This document shows, piece by piece, positions 10,962 to 25,370 of a stretch of DNA of 64,000 bases. The notes beneath the pieces were generated by a model, which was given only the letters and a program-made list of their open reading frames with translations, ran no database searches and was not told where the DNA came from. Location of the stretch: the NCBI GenBank assembly GCA_951406725.2, contig OX597814.1, forward strand, positions 139,872,001-139,936,000, in the 5' to 3' direction. Numbering within the stretch: the stretch's first letter is position 1; the number at the start of each line of letters is the position of its first letter. Both the position numbers and the translations under genes were made by a program. The stretch comes from Octopus vulgaris (lineage: Eukaryota).

Positions 10962-13900
10962 AATTCAGAAGTGATACTTATTTCATTGTTTCACAATTAC
11001 AGTGATAAAGTGTTCTGTTCTCTTCACATGCTTTAGTCTATTTTGTATTTAAAACTTCAGTGGTAATTTATACAGAGTTTCAGACTTCCCAGAGTACAGG
11101 CAAAGGATAAGGTTTGTGGAGATTAGGAAACAACAGAAGAAACAAATAAAGATTAATGCTATCATTACCATAATTAAACTATTGTCATTGGGAAAGCCAC
11201 AAATATTTGTAACCTTATAACTTTGTCTCCTAAAAACTAAGGCAATGCTTAAAATTAAAAAAAAAATATATTGAGAAACTGAACTTTTCTGTTTTCCTCT
11301 ATATATACCATCCATCATCATCTATCTATCCATCCATTCATACATATATGCATATATGCATATATATATATATATAAATGTTATGTTATAATTGAAGGAT
11401 TACATTAAATTAAAGGATTACTCAAATACGTTTGGTGAAATACAAATTTATTATTCTTTAACTGTCGATATTATTCTTGTTTAAGAATTGTATGTGTATG
11501 TGTGTACATAAAAATATGCCTGTGTGGTAAGAATTTTGCTTCCCAACCACATAATTTCAGGATCAGTCCCATGGCTTGCCACCTTCTCCCATTCCCTGGA
11601 TCAACTAAAAGCTTGTGAGTCAATTTTGTAGATGGAAACTGAAAGTATTTGTGTATGTATGTATGTTTGTGTGTATGACATTATTCAGTTTATTTCAAGA
11701 TTTTTTGCCAATAGAGAAAGAACCGGCTTCTGACCTAGATCCAAGGTTCCTTCATTGAAATTTCAACATCAACAACAGGGTATTTTTGTTTGTTTGTATG
11801 TATGTATGTGCGTGCAGATTTGTATGTTTTAAGTATGTATTCTCATGCATATAGTTACATATCCTGACATGCTCATATATATTTAAATGATAAACTTCTG
11901 GAAAGTTTTACAGATTTTTACAGTTCCAGTGATGGATTGGATCTCTAGTCTTTTAAGTATGTATGTACATGTTTGTGTGTGTTTGTGGCATGAACATCTG
12001 TGTGTGTTACTGTCTCCTTGTCTTAATAATTGTAAATGAGTGTCGCTGTTATACAGCAGTGTCGTTCATTTACAAACATCTGTGAAAACATATCTGGTCA
12101 TGAGGAAATATTACTGTATTTGAGGGTTGGTGACAGGAAGGACATCCATCCACCTCAAGAAATTCCATCCAACCCATGCCAGCATAGAAAAGTGGACGTT
12201 AGAACAATAATAATGGTAATATACATCATCAACAATTAAATACTGACTTCCATATTTTCTTAATAATTGCACTTGATTTTATAGTATTCATATTTTCAAT
12301 AATTGGTTTATGTAAATATTACATTTGCTTTCAAAATATATATTTTGCTCAGCTCAACAACTAAAAATATTTTCTTAGAACTATTTTTTGATTCAATTTC
12401 TTCTAATTGTATGAAATTTTTTTATGTTTCTGAGAAGTTTTGAGAGCAAATTTTTTAGTTTTTATTATTATTTTTTTTAAAATTCCATGTACATACAATT
12501 GCTTGTTGATGATCATTGATTCCTTCTCTCATCACTATTTTTTCTTTCTTTGAAATAGATGATATATATCTCTTCTGACAAATGCTCTTTGACAACTATT
12601 GATTTCATATCAACATATTGATGAAATCAATTCCTAATCTTTACCATTCTCACTTCATTCTCTCAATTCCTCTCAATTGAATGCAGGCTCTTAAGCTGTC
12701 AGATATCTTAAAGATTTCCTCTAAGCATTTGAGTTATTGATTTCAACCGATGTCAACAAATTTTGTTACGGCAATATACTAATGATGGTTGTAATACTTT
12801 TGAAATATTAAAAGTGTTGGTTGGTGGGGAAGTTTGTCAAGAAAATTTTATTGTAATGTTAATGCAGTTTTTACTGTACATAGCTGTGCATCTTTCTGTA
12901 TTGCAGGAAATATGTAGATTTAAAATATTTCCTATTGTTCTGTTAGATCATTTTGCTTAGATAAAGCATAAATGACCTATTTCTTTTAAAGAATGATAAA
13001 AATATAAAATAGATTATAACAAAAAAATGACTGAGGTTAAGGATTTGTATCATAAATTTTCACTGGAATAACGTATGTGAATGCATTCAAATGGTATCAT
13101 TTAACAAAAATGACTGCTGCTTTTATCAAACAGAGATGGATTTAGGCATATTCTGTTGTCTAATCATGCATGTTAACCATTACAATATTTATACATTGCA
13201 TATTCATAGATACACATGTGCACATACATACATGCACACACACACACACATCTTTGTCAATGCTTACTGGCCACTTTTTTATGCTTGCATGGGTCAGACA
13301 GAACTTGTTGAGGTAGATTTTTTATGACTTGATACCCTACCTGTCGCTAACCTTTACCTGTTTCCAAGCAGGGTAATATTTCCTCATGATCAGACATGTT
13401 TTTCACAGAAGACTGGAAACAAAAAAAATGCTATTTGTTTGATAATAACACTTATTTACAATAATCACATGATGTCAAGACAAGGATTTCCATCGACCAA
13501 ATTCCCTCACCCACTTTTATAAAACAATGTTGTTTTTGCTTCTTTCAAAGTATCTTGTATTTAGTCAGAATTCAAGTTGTTCTGATAGAGTATTTTCAGA
13601 GGACTAGCAGTCTGTTCCTAAAATCTGATTTTGCCAGGTTTTATTTAATAGAACAGAAAGATCATTCAGTTCTAGAGCCAAGTTTGTGTGAAAATAACTT
13701 ATTAATTTGATTATGATCTGTTTTATATGTATTAAGATCAAATAAGACAATTGAGTGCAACTGTTTAGATGCTGACGATTTGGCATGGTCGACTGGATTT
13801 TCAGTCATTTTTTATGATAGTATGTTTGGTGCTAGAGGCAAGCATGCACATGCACACACACACACACACACACAGATAGAAAGAGTGGGTGAGAGAGAGA

Positions 13901-14470
13901 CATTACAATTTACTTATTGAATATAAATAACATAAACAATTTCCTTCTCATCATATGTATAAAAAGAAATATGTTCACACACATAAACATAGAAGAGAGA
14001 GAGAGAAGGAAAGTGAAGAAGAGAAATATTGAAATGAAAGAAACATAAACATGCGATGTCAAATAAGTCAGCATCGATTCAGTGATGCCAGATAGTGTCA
14101 AAACAGCAAGGCCAAAATGTCTTGTACATGTATTAAGATGGTGTAAGAAATTATTGTCTGGCAAAATATATTAGGCTGTTCAATATGTTGATTTTTCTGT
14201 GGGAAAAGATGCTTTCGTATTGCTCTCTAACAAGAAAGAAAACCCCATGTAGAAGAGTTCGTGTATGGGTGATTGTCACATTGAAGTGGATTTATTTTTG
14301 AATTCAACACTAGAGACTCATGTGCATATTACAAGAAAGCTTTTGGATGTGACATTATCCGCTTAGCCATATCTCTTTGATATTTCTTCTTCATAGGAAC
14401 CTACTGGAGCAGCTTCAATGGTTTATATTTTAATCTTCTTTTATAATATTCTCTATGTATAAATAAAACA

Positions 14471-14498
14471 ATATATATATACATACATACATACATAT

Positions 14499-14587
<89 letters not shown>

Positions 14588-14597
14588 TAGATAGATA
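14471..14597. repeat. Compound (TA)/(GA)/(GATA) microsatellite
   Basis: Read directly. Confidence 0.9.
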
Positions 14598-15392
14598 CAC
14601 ATGTGTGTGCATGCACGTGTATGTATAGGACTAAAAATTGAACAGTGTTTATGTATACACATACATATATGTGCATATATGCCTAAATGTATATACATAT
14701 ATACACACATGCATCTGTATATATATATATATATATAATAAATATATATATATACACACACACGCACACACACACACACACATATACATACACACACATA
14801 TATTAGAGTGGGTGAACAAATAGAAGAAAGTAGTACTCGACACATTTAGTTGGAATTGTAAATATTTAATAACAGGTTGACTCATCTCTGCATGACCTAA
14901 ACTTACATTGGTTACAGAATGCACCCACATCCTTGAGTGCATGGAGTGAAAGTGCAGGGAATTTAAAGGAAATGTTTAAATTGGGGTTCTAGTTTAAAAC
15001 ATTTGGGACTCCATTTGTCAATCCAGGTCATGTGGATTCTTTATTTGGCAGTAACAGTGATGCTTTTGTTATATGTATGTTCCACATAAGACAATCCTAA
15101 GGATTTTTTCTACAATCATTACACATATGAGTATATATTTGGTTAATTGTTTTAAATCTATTTATTATGTAAAGCAGTTAATAGTTTTAAACCTATTGAT
15201 TGTGTGAAGCTTTTTTCAAAAAACCTATTCCAAGAAACAGTCATTCATAGTGTTACAGAGTCAGTAATTTATGAATGAGAGAACAGTTTTATTTCTGAGT
15301 AAATTTCCTTTATATTTTATTAAATTTAATTATTGATTTTTTTTCTCATTTCTAACCCTAACTCTGGCTACTTCACAGTTTGTCTGTATCAC

Positions 15393-15396
<4 letters not shown>

Positions 15397-15479
<83 letters not shown>
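15397..15479. repeat. (CT)n microsatellite
   Basis: Read directly. Confidence 0.95.
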
Positions 15480-15481
<2 letters not shown>

Positions 15482-16042
15482 CCTATATTTTTTACCTTCT
15501 AAATCCACCTCTCTTTGTATTTTTAATCTTCCTTCTACTTCTCTCAGCACAGGTATTTCTTTCTCTATCCACATCACTAAAGCCTCACAGAGAGAATAAT
15601 AAAAGTGCGATTTTTTTTTTTACATATAGATTCCAAAATTCTATAGAAGTGTGTGAATGTGTCTATAAAATATCAGTATCAAATATTTTGATTTTGTACT
15701 GAAAAGTTGTTTCTCTTCAACCAATTATAACCTTGTAGAAAAGTGAAATTGTTTTGCTGTTGTTTAATAAATAACTCCTAAATATAACTACTGAGGTAAT
15801 TCACTATATTAGATGAAATCATGATTCAGATTAATGATACCATATCTTTTAAAATGAAGTTTTGGTTAACCTAAATAAAACAATACAAAACTCTTGTATA
15901 TGTCAAAGTTGAACAATCAGTAACTACATACACACTTTTGAAATTTTTTTTCCCAAAATGTTTTTTTTTTAACTTGACTGAAATAAAAAAAGTATATACA
16001 ATTCTTATTTCTTCAAAAATCAATCTACTTTTCTTTTAGCTT

Positions 16043-16080
<38 letters not shown>

Positions 16081-16139
16081 TATATATATATAAATGAAGT
16101 TGTATTTGGACATGGCTTTACCACAGAAAATATATTGTA

Positions 16140-16265
16140 ATCAAGTACTTGTTTTGAAAACCAAAATAGAATTACTGAAAGAACTCAAAATAATGGCATA
16201 ATTAATTCTAGCAAATTATAAGGTCTTGGAAAAAGTAGTATTGCTTTCATTGTGAAAGCATACTG
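16140..16265 (+). mobile_element. Possible Tigger/pogo transposase N-terminal HTH remnant
   Basis: Frameshifted VLKTKIELLKELK...GLGKSSIAFIVK resembles the HTH_psq/CENP-B N-terminus. Confidence 0.3.
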
Positions 16266-18719
16266 AAGCATATTTATATAAACTGTATGAAAGCTAACTC
16301 AGAATTAACAATTATTCTTTATTTTTCTTTCATAAACTGTTCATACGTTTTACGCTGTATACTGAATTATTTTATACTAGATTCTGTATAAAATGTATGC
16401 TTTAAAAAAATATGGTTATCTTGAATTTCTTTTTCCTGATTATAATTATAATCTCTTTTGTCTGATGTACTTTCATAAATATTTTCATATGACTGTCTTT
16501 GATTCCCATTTTCATCAGTAACTAAAAATAGTCAAGACTCTTTCCATGACCATATGTAGTAAATTATAGATTAAATTCTCACTACATGAATCAAACTGAA
16601 TTGTAAAGATAAAATAAAAAGAAATTATTAAATATCATAACAGAAGAATTAATGACAAACTTGGTATATGAGCTAAAGTTAGATATGGTTCAGTGAAATT
16701 AAATAGATATGAATAATGATATAGTTTATGAGTTGGTCATAATAGTTTCAGGATATGTATTGCAAAAGAATTGATATACTGAAGAAAGAAAAATTCTAAA
16801 TGGGTTGAGGAAATATTTGGAATGGACCCTCCTAACATGTTATAAAAACAATTTCTTTGTAGTTTATATCAAGAGTGTTCACTGCATCAAAGTAAAAATC
16901 TTCATTAGCTATCATTTGAGGCAATCAAATTTGGGTTTATGTGAAGAGGTTTTTAACCCTCATGCTGGAGGTTGATTAATTACCAAAGAAAATCTTGACC
17001 CTTTCACAGCGAAATTAAATTTCATGGTTATTCCAGTAATGATGTTAAATATCTACCAAAAATAGAATTGGTATTTTCTGCAAGTCACATTACTTTAATA
17101 AATTTGACATACTTCAACAGAAAACAGTTTCAAACATGACATTGCTCAACCAGAGATAGATTGGTGTATAAAACTGCTTCTAGTTAAGGGTAATTAAATT
17201 TTGAGTGGATATATCTGCCGCATGTAAATGTGGCAGATGCCAGCTCCAGATATCTAGAGCAACCAAGATTCCACTGCAAGGATGTTTTTGAGTGTAACTT
17301 TGTCCATTTGCCATATATTGACAGACAGAGCTGGCCACTGACAAAACAACCAGACAAAAATGCATATATGCGCTGGGGAACCATATAAACTGTTGTACAA
17401 GACAGACATGAAACTTATCAGTGTTTAGCATTGGGTGAGCCATGAAGATAATGATGGTGATAGCATGTAGTACAATGACAACTTGTAGCAACGATAAATA
17501 TTTCAATGTAAAACTATTGTTGATTTTCACCTTAAAGTACAAAAGTGTAGAAACTTTGAAATTTAATCAACTTGTATTCACTCTGTATACACCCAGCAAT
17601 CCAGTTAGTAACAATAGACAGGAAGCAAACATTGTGATAACACACCACTTTTGTCCACAAAAGAATAGAAAGATTAAGTGTTAGATTTAATTTAAAGAAC
17701 TCATTTATCAAATCAGACTTTCATTGTGCATTATTGAGGATATACAAATGTTATGGCTACATATGAATAATGAATCCCTTAGCTGATTTTATTTGTAATT
17801 CCTAATTTTTGTCAAACCTTCCAAATTTATATGCAACTATTCTATGCATGATTCTATTTATCTTCCAGGAATATATGAATATTGCTTCTCTCTTGTTTAC
17901 AGCAATATTATTGCTTTCTCATTTTCCTTTCCCATTCTCAATCTACTCCTCCTTTACTTTCCTTTTCAATAAATGAGTAAATTATTTAAAAACTAAAATC
18001 TTGAATATTCATCAACTGTCAGTTGATCTAGCACTCCCCAACATATTTCATGTACAATTATCTAGCAAGCGTTGACCAGCTGCTGAATACTTAAACACAT
18101 TTACAGTTGAGATGCAAGCTATTTATTTACTTCTTTGTTATTTATCTCACCGATTATTCACTTTCTTCTCTTTGTAGATTTAATATTTTTCCCATAATAA
18201 TTTAATAACTAATATGAATGCTTAAAATTTAACTCATAAATAATAAAGCAATCATATCAAGCCTCTCAGCTTGCCTTTCTTCTATAACTCTGATAGCAAC
18301 TTAAGAGAAAGATTATTATTTATTAATGGTAGATTGTTGTTGGAACTTTTCTAGTCTGCTTTTTCAATCTTTATTCAGTAAGAAAATCATAATTACAGTA
18401 TATTTTTATCTATTTATTTTTCTCCCTTTTGTAAATTATAAGTGACTAGTTTGAAGCAACAGCAACAAATTGCTATTTGAGTGTAAGAAATGACAGGGAA
18501 ATTTAAAGAAAATGACTAACTACTATAAAGTGGTATCTTCAAGAGAGACCATTGTTAACATTATTGCATGGCAATATTATTTTAATGACAATTTTAAAAG
18601 TCTCTTAGAATATTCATTTCAGAATCAGTTCAAAAATCCAAGACAACCTATTTTTAATTTTTGTTGTATTCTAACTGTACTCTTTAACTGAAATTCAAAT
18701 GAAATAAACAAACCCCTAT

Positions 18720-18945
18720 CTCTGGTTTACAGACATGCTGTTTTCTTACTCTGTCTTTCCTGCTGATATTACAGTGGCCTCTGCACCACAGAGCCTGCTG
18801 ACCATGTTACCTCCACTCAGGCCCACCAGATTCATTTGTTCTTCATCATCACCCCAGGTTCTACTTTTACCAAACTTCCCCATTATTCCTCCCTATAACA
18901 TCAGCTTTTTATAGCTTTCACTCTCTACCCATGATTTTCCTATGT
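18720..18945 (+). mobile_element. CR1/Jockey-group LINE 3' remnant
   Basis: YYSGLCTTE segment homologous to LYRYYTGLCSSAL at 25150-25370. Confidence 0.4.
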
Positions 18946-19789
18946 AGAAAAATACAGAGATTATGAATCTGGGAAATATATTTTTTAAAGTTTAATTTTT
19001 CTTAAAGAAACACAATGTCTTCTTCCCCACCTCGCATACCCATCACCTACCAGTTTTCAAAAAGCTAAAATCTCCCAATCTTTCACTTTTTTCTGATGTT
19101 TCCTGCATGTATAGAATTCTACTGAAATAGCAAAATTAAAAAAAAAAAAACAGACCACCACTAGAAAACCCAACATGCTAGAAACAACAGGTAAACGACC
19201 AAGAATAAAAATTTGAAAAAAGTAAAAAATGAATTTGGTGTGGAGAGGGAGAAAATTAAAATATTGAAAATGTGTTTTGTGGTTGAAATCCTAATCTCTT
19301 GTATAGCAAACATAGGAAGTGAAAGAAATTTAGGGAAAAAAATAAGTGGGGTGGAAATGTCTCAGTAGACATGCTAGAAAGATGAAGTAAAGGACAGGAT
19401 TTCTGGGAAAATTTCCTTCTGAGTTTATGTCGAAGATCAGACTTTCAAATACGCTGATCACAAACACAAATTCCACAATCGGAAAAGATAATTTCAATTG
19501 GATTTGAGCTGTAAATTTGCACATGCATACCACAAGAAATAATATAATTCACACTGAAGTTTTACCTAGAGTGTGTGTGTGTGTGTGAAAGGAAGTTATT
19601 TTATGACAGTCTTTCATTTGAAGAAGCACAGTTGTCAACTCAACATATATGGGAACATATGATTGTTCATTAATTTCCATGAAATTGTTTTAATTTTTGT
19701 ATGCTTTGAAGAGAGCAGAAATTGAAAGAGAGGATAAAGTGAAAAGGCGACATTTGCTTTGAAATAAGAGGAGAATGTAAAAGAGATGA

Positions 19790-19833
<44 letters not shown>

Positions 19834-22243
19834 CTGAGTGAAGGTGTGTGTTGTGATATATGAATATGTTTTGCATCTATGTGTAACTGGCACTCACTCG
19901 CACCCCCCCTCTCTCTCTCTCAGACACACACACACACATTATCCTTATGCACACCACCCGTTTTGGGCTTAACCTTAACCCTAAACACAAGGAGTGCGTA
20001 TTCTTTACCTTCGCCCATAAATACATATGCATACATCTTTTTTGTGCGTGAGAGAGAGAGAGAGAGTGTGTGACTGTATTTCCTCATAACATATAGAGAA
20101 ATGGATGTCTTTTAATGCAATTGTTTTTGGTTATGGCTTATTTTGATACAATATTTGTGTGTACATTTCATAAATGTTTGTCTGAGTAGAATTCTACACA
20201 TGTGTGAAACATCGTCCAAAAGTGAAACATTAGAAGCAAATTGAAATACTGTCCGAAAATGACCTCAAAATTGTGCAACCCAACATAGTTACCAAGATTA
20301 GTTTAGTTGTAAAAAAGAGTTGTTGAGTTGAAAACATAGTTTATTTAGTAGATAGATAATAAGTAGCTTTCTTTTTTATAATACACATGTGACTAATTCA
20401 GAGAAACATTACTTTCATTATTCACACATGTCACTTTCGTAATGCAACACTTTGTAATTTTGGTTCAAATTGAAAGTGTGAAACGATTTTCATTTTCTAA
20501 TGAAACTTGGTCGTTTTAGAGAAGTATATTTGGAATAACTTTTGTTGGTTGATGAGATAATGCAGAAAATATGTAAATGAAAATAAAGTTTATTTGACAT
20601 GTGTGATTGATTTGATTGTTCTGGTCTCAACATCAGTTGGTAAAAATAGAAGTCATTTGATGATACCTTTTTGTTTGTAAATGGTTATCCTGTTGCCAGT
20701 TCAGTCTATGGAATATTGAAATGATACCCATCTTGTCCATTCCACAGAATAAGAGTATACTGGAGAGCATCATAGGAGGGATGAGTCTGTGAAACACGTT
20801 TACGTTTGTTATCTTGAACATGAATGAGAATATCATGATTTTGAAGGGGATCACCAACTGTAAGGTTGACTACTTCATTTAATGTGGGCTCATTAAAACA
20901 GCGTAAAATTTTCTTTACTATAGTTTACTATAGACGTAACGAATGCAGAAACACATGCACACATACACACTCATAGAATTGATAATATTGAAAACAGCAA
21001 AACATATACACATGAAGTTCAACTAAAATGAAATGTAGTCAATATAGGTGCAAAACATGTTTTTTGCAGCATAGTTATGCTATAAATAAATGGAAAGTCA
21101 CCAATTTAGCAAAAGTTACTAAATGTAGTAAATACAGGTGCAAAACATACTTTCTATTGCATAGTTATTCTATAAAAAAATGGAAAGTCACCAATTTATC
21201 AAAAGATACTATGCATCACCAATGTAAGAGAGTACAGAAAGTCAACGTTTATTTGGAAAATGCTTTAAATGTTATAAAATTCACGATTGAATGTCACAGA
21301 GAAGAAAGTGGAAGTCCAAGAAAATTCAGAAGGCATAATTCAATTTTTCATACAAAAATAATTTACTTTACAATTTTGAAACGAACGCTGAACCAAGTGT
21401 GTAGAAAGGAAGATGCGGTTGTTGTGAATGCTAATTTAAAATATTTGCTGAAGGATGTATGTAGCAAAATATGAATTAATTTCACATTACTATATATTTT
21501 TTAACTGTGTAACATTACAGGCTGTAGAATAAATAGTGAATGCAGTAAAAAGGTTGTGCAACGTTGATAGTCACAGTGATGAAGAAACATAGGAGGAATA
21601 CAAGGACTGTTAAAAAAAAAGCATTATCTTGAAACCGGTTAGAAGGAGTGGAATAACATTTCTGTAATTATATTGAAGAAGTCACTGAGACTTTCTACTT
21701 CACCAAGTTTCTGAATTTGTTGTAATAACCAGAATAACATTTTTTTTCCAGATATATTTGCGAGTTTTCATGTTGGTAGTACTTGAAAGTGAATGTTATT
21801 GTTCATTTAAAGTGAAGGCCACAAGTAAACTTTCAATATAGGCGCATTTCACTGTTAGGATGGGGTGAAGCTACATACATAAACTGACACACACACACAC
21901 ATTAACACACACCTGAAGCCTGTCTCTGTCCCTGTATGTGTCTGTCTTTAGATGAGTGTGTGTCAGTCATCACAAAAATGTATGTATACTAACAGACACT
22001 TACACTGTCATACACACTTGTCAGTCATTGGCCTAACATAGGTAACAAACACGCGAATACACTCATATAGAAAATGTGACATCATCATCGTTGTGGTGGT
22101 GGTAAAGGATGTCATTTATGGTAGGTAGCTAAAATAAAAATGATAATGTTAAATTTTTGTAATGTGATGCATATATGCGAATGAATATATAGTTTAGTTG
22201 TTAGCCAAAAGCTTACTGAATCTTTTGATACCCCATACGTTAA

Positions 22244-22454
22244 CCCTTTCGTTACTGTATTTATTTTGATATGCTCTGTGTTTCTTTCAATTATTTTAGA
22301 TATAACAAAGAATTTAGTAAAATAACTTAGTTATCATTAAGCTAGTATTAGGAATATAAATTGCGACTAAGGTTAGGTGGTATATTTTGATGCAAAACTT
22401 ATGGAAACAAGACATTTGTACTACAGAGCCAGAGCCGGGTTGGTAACGAAAGGG
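22244..22454. mobile_element. TTAA-type (piggyBac-like) MITE
   Basis: Perfect 12-bp TIRs CCCTTTCGTTAC / GTAACGAAAGGG; TTAA on the left, right flank diverged. Confidence 0.75.
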
Positions 22455-23355
22455 CAATTCAGTTTTGGAATGCATAAGGAACATACGCGTGCACACACAC
22501 ACATACAAACTCTGTTATATTTGTAGATTAATTAATTAATTAATTAATTGAAATATCAAAGCATGTATTTTATTGGAAGTAAAACTTTTCCAAAGAGGAA
22601 CAGTTTACCATAGCATCTGAAGGATTTTATGTTCTTTGTCATTACTGAAATATAATTCAGATTCATTATGAATTTATGTTTTGTTCATTGTTTGATGCAT
22701 GGAAGTATGTTTAATCTCAGTAATTAAGGTCATTAAATATTGACATGTAGGTAACTGGTTATTGTAATAAGCCTTGTATAGTTTTGTATGTAAAACTTTT
22801 CAAAATAAATTTATTAGGAACATGTGCATAAGCAACCATGAAAAATGTTAAAAAAATAATAGGATATATTTTGTGTCGCTTACCCTTTATTAAACTCATT
22901 GTAATAGGTGATTTTCTACCTCTCTTGAGCTGAAAGAGCAATCTATTGTTAAATTTTAAGAGCCTACATCTTTGTCTTGACATTCTGTGATACTTGTCAA
23001 CAAATGTTATCATCATGAAAGCAGTGTATTTCATGTTTTCCTCTTACCTATGATATTCAGACCTTTATTCTTTCTGTTATTCATCTGCTTATAAATTTGT
23101 AGATCCCCATCTTTTCTTCCTTTGTAGTCCTTTACACTGTAGTGGAACATAAGTGTTTAAAAAAACATATTTTTTAAATATACAAGAAATGTATGTGTGT
23201 ATGTGTGTGTAAAAAATAATTAAGGTGGCTAGCAGTAATTTAAAACCTTCAACAAAATAATTTACCATCACTCATATATATATGCATGTGCACACATACA
23301 TATACACACAGGGCATCTAATGATGTTAGGTAGATTGAATGTAGATAGTAACAAA

Positions 23356-23424
23356 AGTTACTGATGAGGATTCGCCTAGCAAATTATTTTATTTGCTAAA
23401 ATATTCTGAAACCAAGGTATGACT
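23356..23424 (+). ncRNA. Type I hammerhead ribozyme motif, core intact, long stem II
   Basis: Stem I AGTTA/TGACT; CTGATGA 23361-23367; stem II GGA/TCT base plus 8-bp TAGCAAAT/ATTTGCTA hairpin; GAAA 23408-23411; stem III ACC-AA-GGT; predicted cleavage after GUA (23419). Confidence 0.75.
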
Positions 23425-23649
23425 GTAAAAAATAACAAGGTAAAAGTTTTTATTTTTCATTCCCTTCAAAAATTGCTCTTGAAATGTGGTTTTGGTACTT
23501 TTGACTGCTTCATCTAGCATGTAAAAATTACCTATAAATGGTAGTTTTCTTTTGTGTTTAAATGTACACTATTTTATATTGAGAATTTGTTGTCTATTGA
23601 CTTTTTATACATGCTAGGCCGCTGGTGGTGAAATTATATATATATATAT

Positions 23650-23766
23650 CACCATGATCACCGTGACCGACCAGGCTATCAGATGTTGCTATACATCACT
23701 GGTCACAATGCGCTTCGCACTGTTTTAGCCTTCAAATGACGCCACCCCGCTGGCTAAGCGAGCAGG

Positions 23767-23770
<4 letters not shown>
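23650..23770 (-). mobile_element. GC-rich retroposon 3'-end fragment inserted in a (TA)n tract
   Basis: 120-bp CpG-containing block bounded by TA repeats on both sides; orientation inferred from a GGTGAT-repeat tail. Confidence 0.4.
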
Positions 23771-23802
<32 letters not shown>

Positions 23803-23867
23803 CAGTTTATTAGGCTAACAATTATCCTCTACATAATCAGTAGAAATTGCAGTCACATCACATTCTA

Positions 23868-24250
23868 CTGGCATAAATATGACAGTGGTTTTGGGTTCAG
23901 TTCCGCTGCACACCATCTTGGGTATGTGTCTTCTATGATAGCCATGGACTGACCAATTCCTCGTTAGTGAATTTGGGTGATGCAAACTGTGTTTAAGCTC
24001 ATTGCATATGCATACATATACGTGTGTGTGTGTGTCTATGTGCATACTTCTTAGCATTTGTCTCTCATGGCATGAAAGCCAGTGTTGGTATGTTAATGTC
24101 CCCATAACTTAGTGATTCAACAAAATGAAGCCAATCGAATAAGTATCAGGCTTAAAAATAAGTACTGGAATCGGTTTACTTGACTGAACCTTCTGAGACC
24201 TTGTCCTAGCATGGTTTCAGTCCAATGACTGAAGCACATAAAATAATAGA
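23868..24250 (+). mobile_element. SINE family A (diverged)
   Basis: GGGTTCAGTTCCGCTGC...CTTGGGTATGTGTCTTCTA...GAATAAGTATCAGGCTT. Confidence 0.6.
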
Positions 24251-24774
24251 AAATACTATTTCAAAAAATTGAGCACACACAGGATTATATTGTCGTAGAT
24301 GCACTAGGATTAGGCAATGAAAAATAACAAAAACAGAAAAGATGGTCATGATTGGAATGCATTTAAAAATTATTTTATTGTATTGTATTGGTCTGGTGTA
24401 AGTGGCTGTATCCATGGCCTTGCAGACTGTCTGAGGTAAGACTGACATAGTTAACATTCTGTTACTTAGAGGTTCTGCAAAAGGAACTGGTAGAATAAGC
24501 ATCAAACTTTAGGAAAAAAAGTAAGTACTAGGGTCAGTTCATCAAGGTGGTGCCCCAGCATGGCTGCAGTCAGAGTGAAATGAGTAAAAAGAAAGATTTC
24601 TTTTGAACAGTTGAAAGTAAGTGGTTACAGGAAAAACGGAATTTGGTAACTACTATGCCACTTAGCAAGCAGTAGATATAGAGCAATGTTTTTCAATCAC
24701 TTTTTCCCCATACCCCACTTTGATTTTTTTTTAAATCTCACTCTTTCTCTCCATGAATGAACAGAGTTAGTATA

Positions 24775-24980
24775 CAGTAATCCTTCAATTATAGCAGGTG
24801 TTACATTCCAAAACACCTGCAATAGGTGAAAATCTGCTAAGTAGAAACAGTACTGTAGTGTATATTTTTTATTATTATTTTTATGATATGTATATATATT
24901 TATTTTATTATAAATGCAAAACAACACCACAGAGAAACCGATATAAGCTTAAATAATACACCATGATAGGTGAATCATTA
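24775..24980 (+). mobile_element. Tigger/pogo-type MITE, right end lost
   Basis: TA|CAGTAATCCTTC start, similar to the TIR of 48214-48756. Confidence 0.45.
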
Positions 24981-25149
24981 ATGTTTAACGGCGGTGCATC
25001 AGTATGGCTGTAGCTCTGAGCTGAAACTAGAGAGAAGAGTATAGGATAAGATTGAAATCTTATTGCATGTTATATTCATTTGTTGTTTATTTATGCTCCA
25101 TTTTGAAGTCACACATCCCACCAAAATGCTTCCACCCACCCACCCTAGT

Positions 25150-25370
25150 GGGGCATGCACCCCATCTTGAGAAAAAGTGGTGTAAAATCAGATCAGGGCT
25201 TGGAGAGTGGGTTGTAATATGAATGATGAGAAGTGGTATTGTAAGATCTACCAATGCTGAAGAGCAGAGGCCAGTATAGTATCTGTATAAAAAGCAGCGA
25301 GAGGAGACAATTCGTCGGTGGGACAGAAGGTGGAGTGAGTTAGTGATAAATTTCATGCCGACATCCTGAA
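25150..25370 (-). mobile_element. CR1/Jockey-group LINE fragment
   Basis: ORF reads LSHRRIVSSRCFLYRYYTGLCSSAL, matching the post-RT SHRR...LFYRYY.G.CSSEL motif. Confidence 0.6.

Noticed and set aside
12300-12980. Integrase-like remnant on the minus strand (SNRTIGNILN...YN)
   Set aside because: One short motif with stops, no LTR or TIR; needs tBLASTn or HMM support.
15785-15835. CTGAGGT...GAAATCATGATT hammerhead-like string
   Set aside because: Core mismatch plus poor stems I and II; compatible with chance.
17180-17684. Overlapping 66-120 aa ORFs in unique-looking sequence
   Set aside because: No recognisable domain or coherent splice structure; could be a conserved non-coding element but cannot be shown here.
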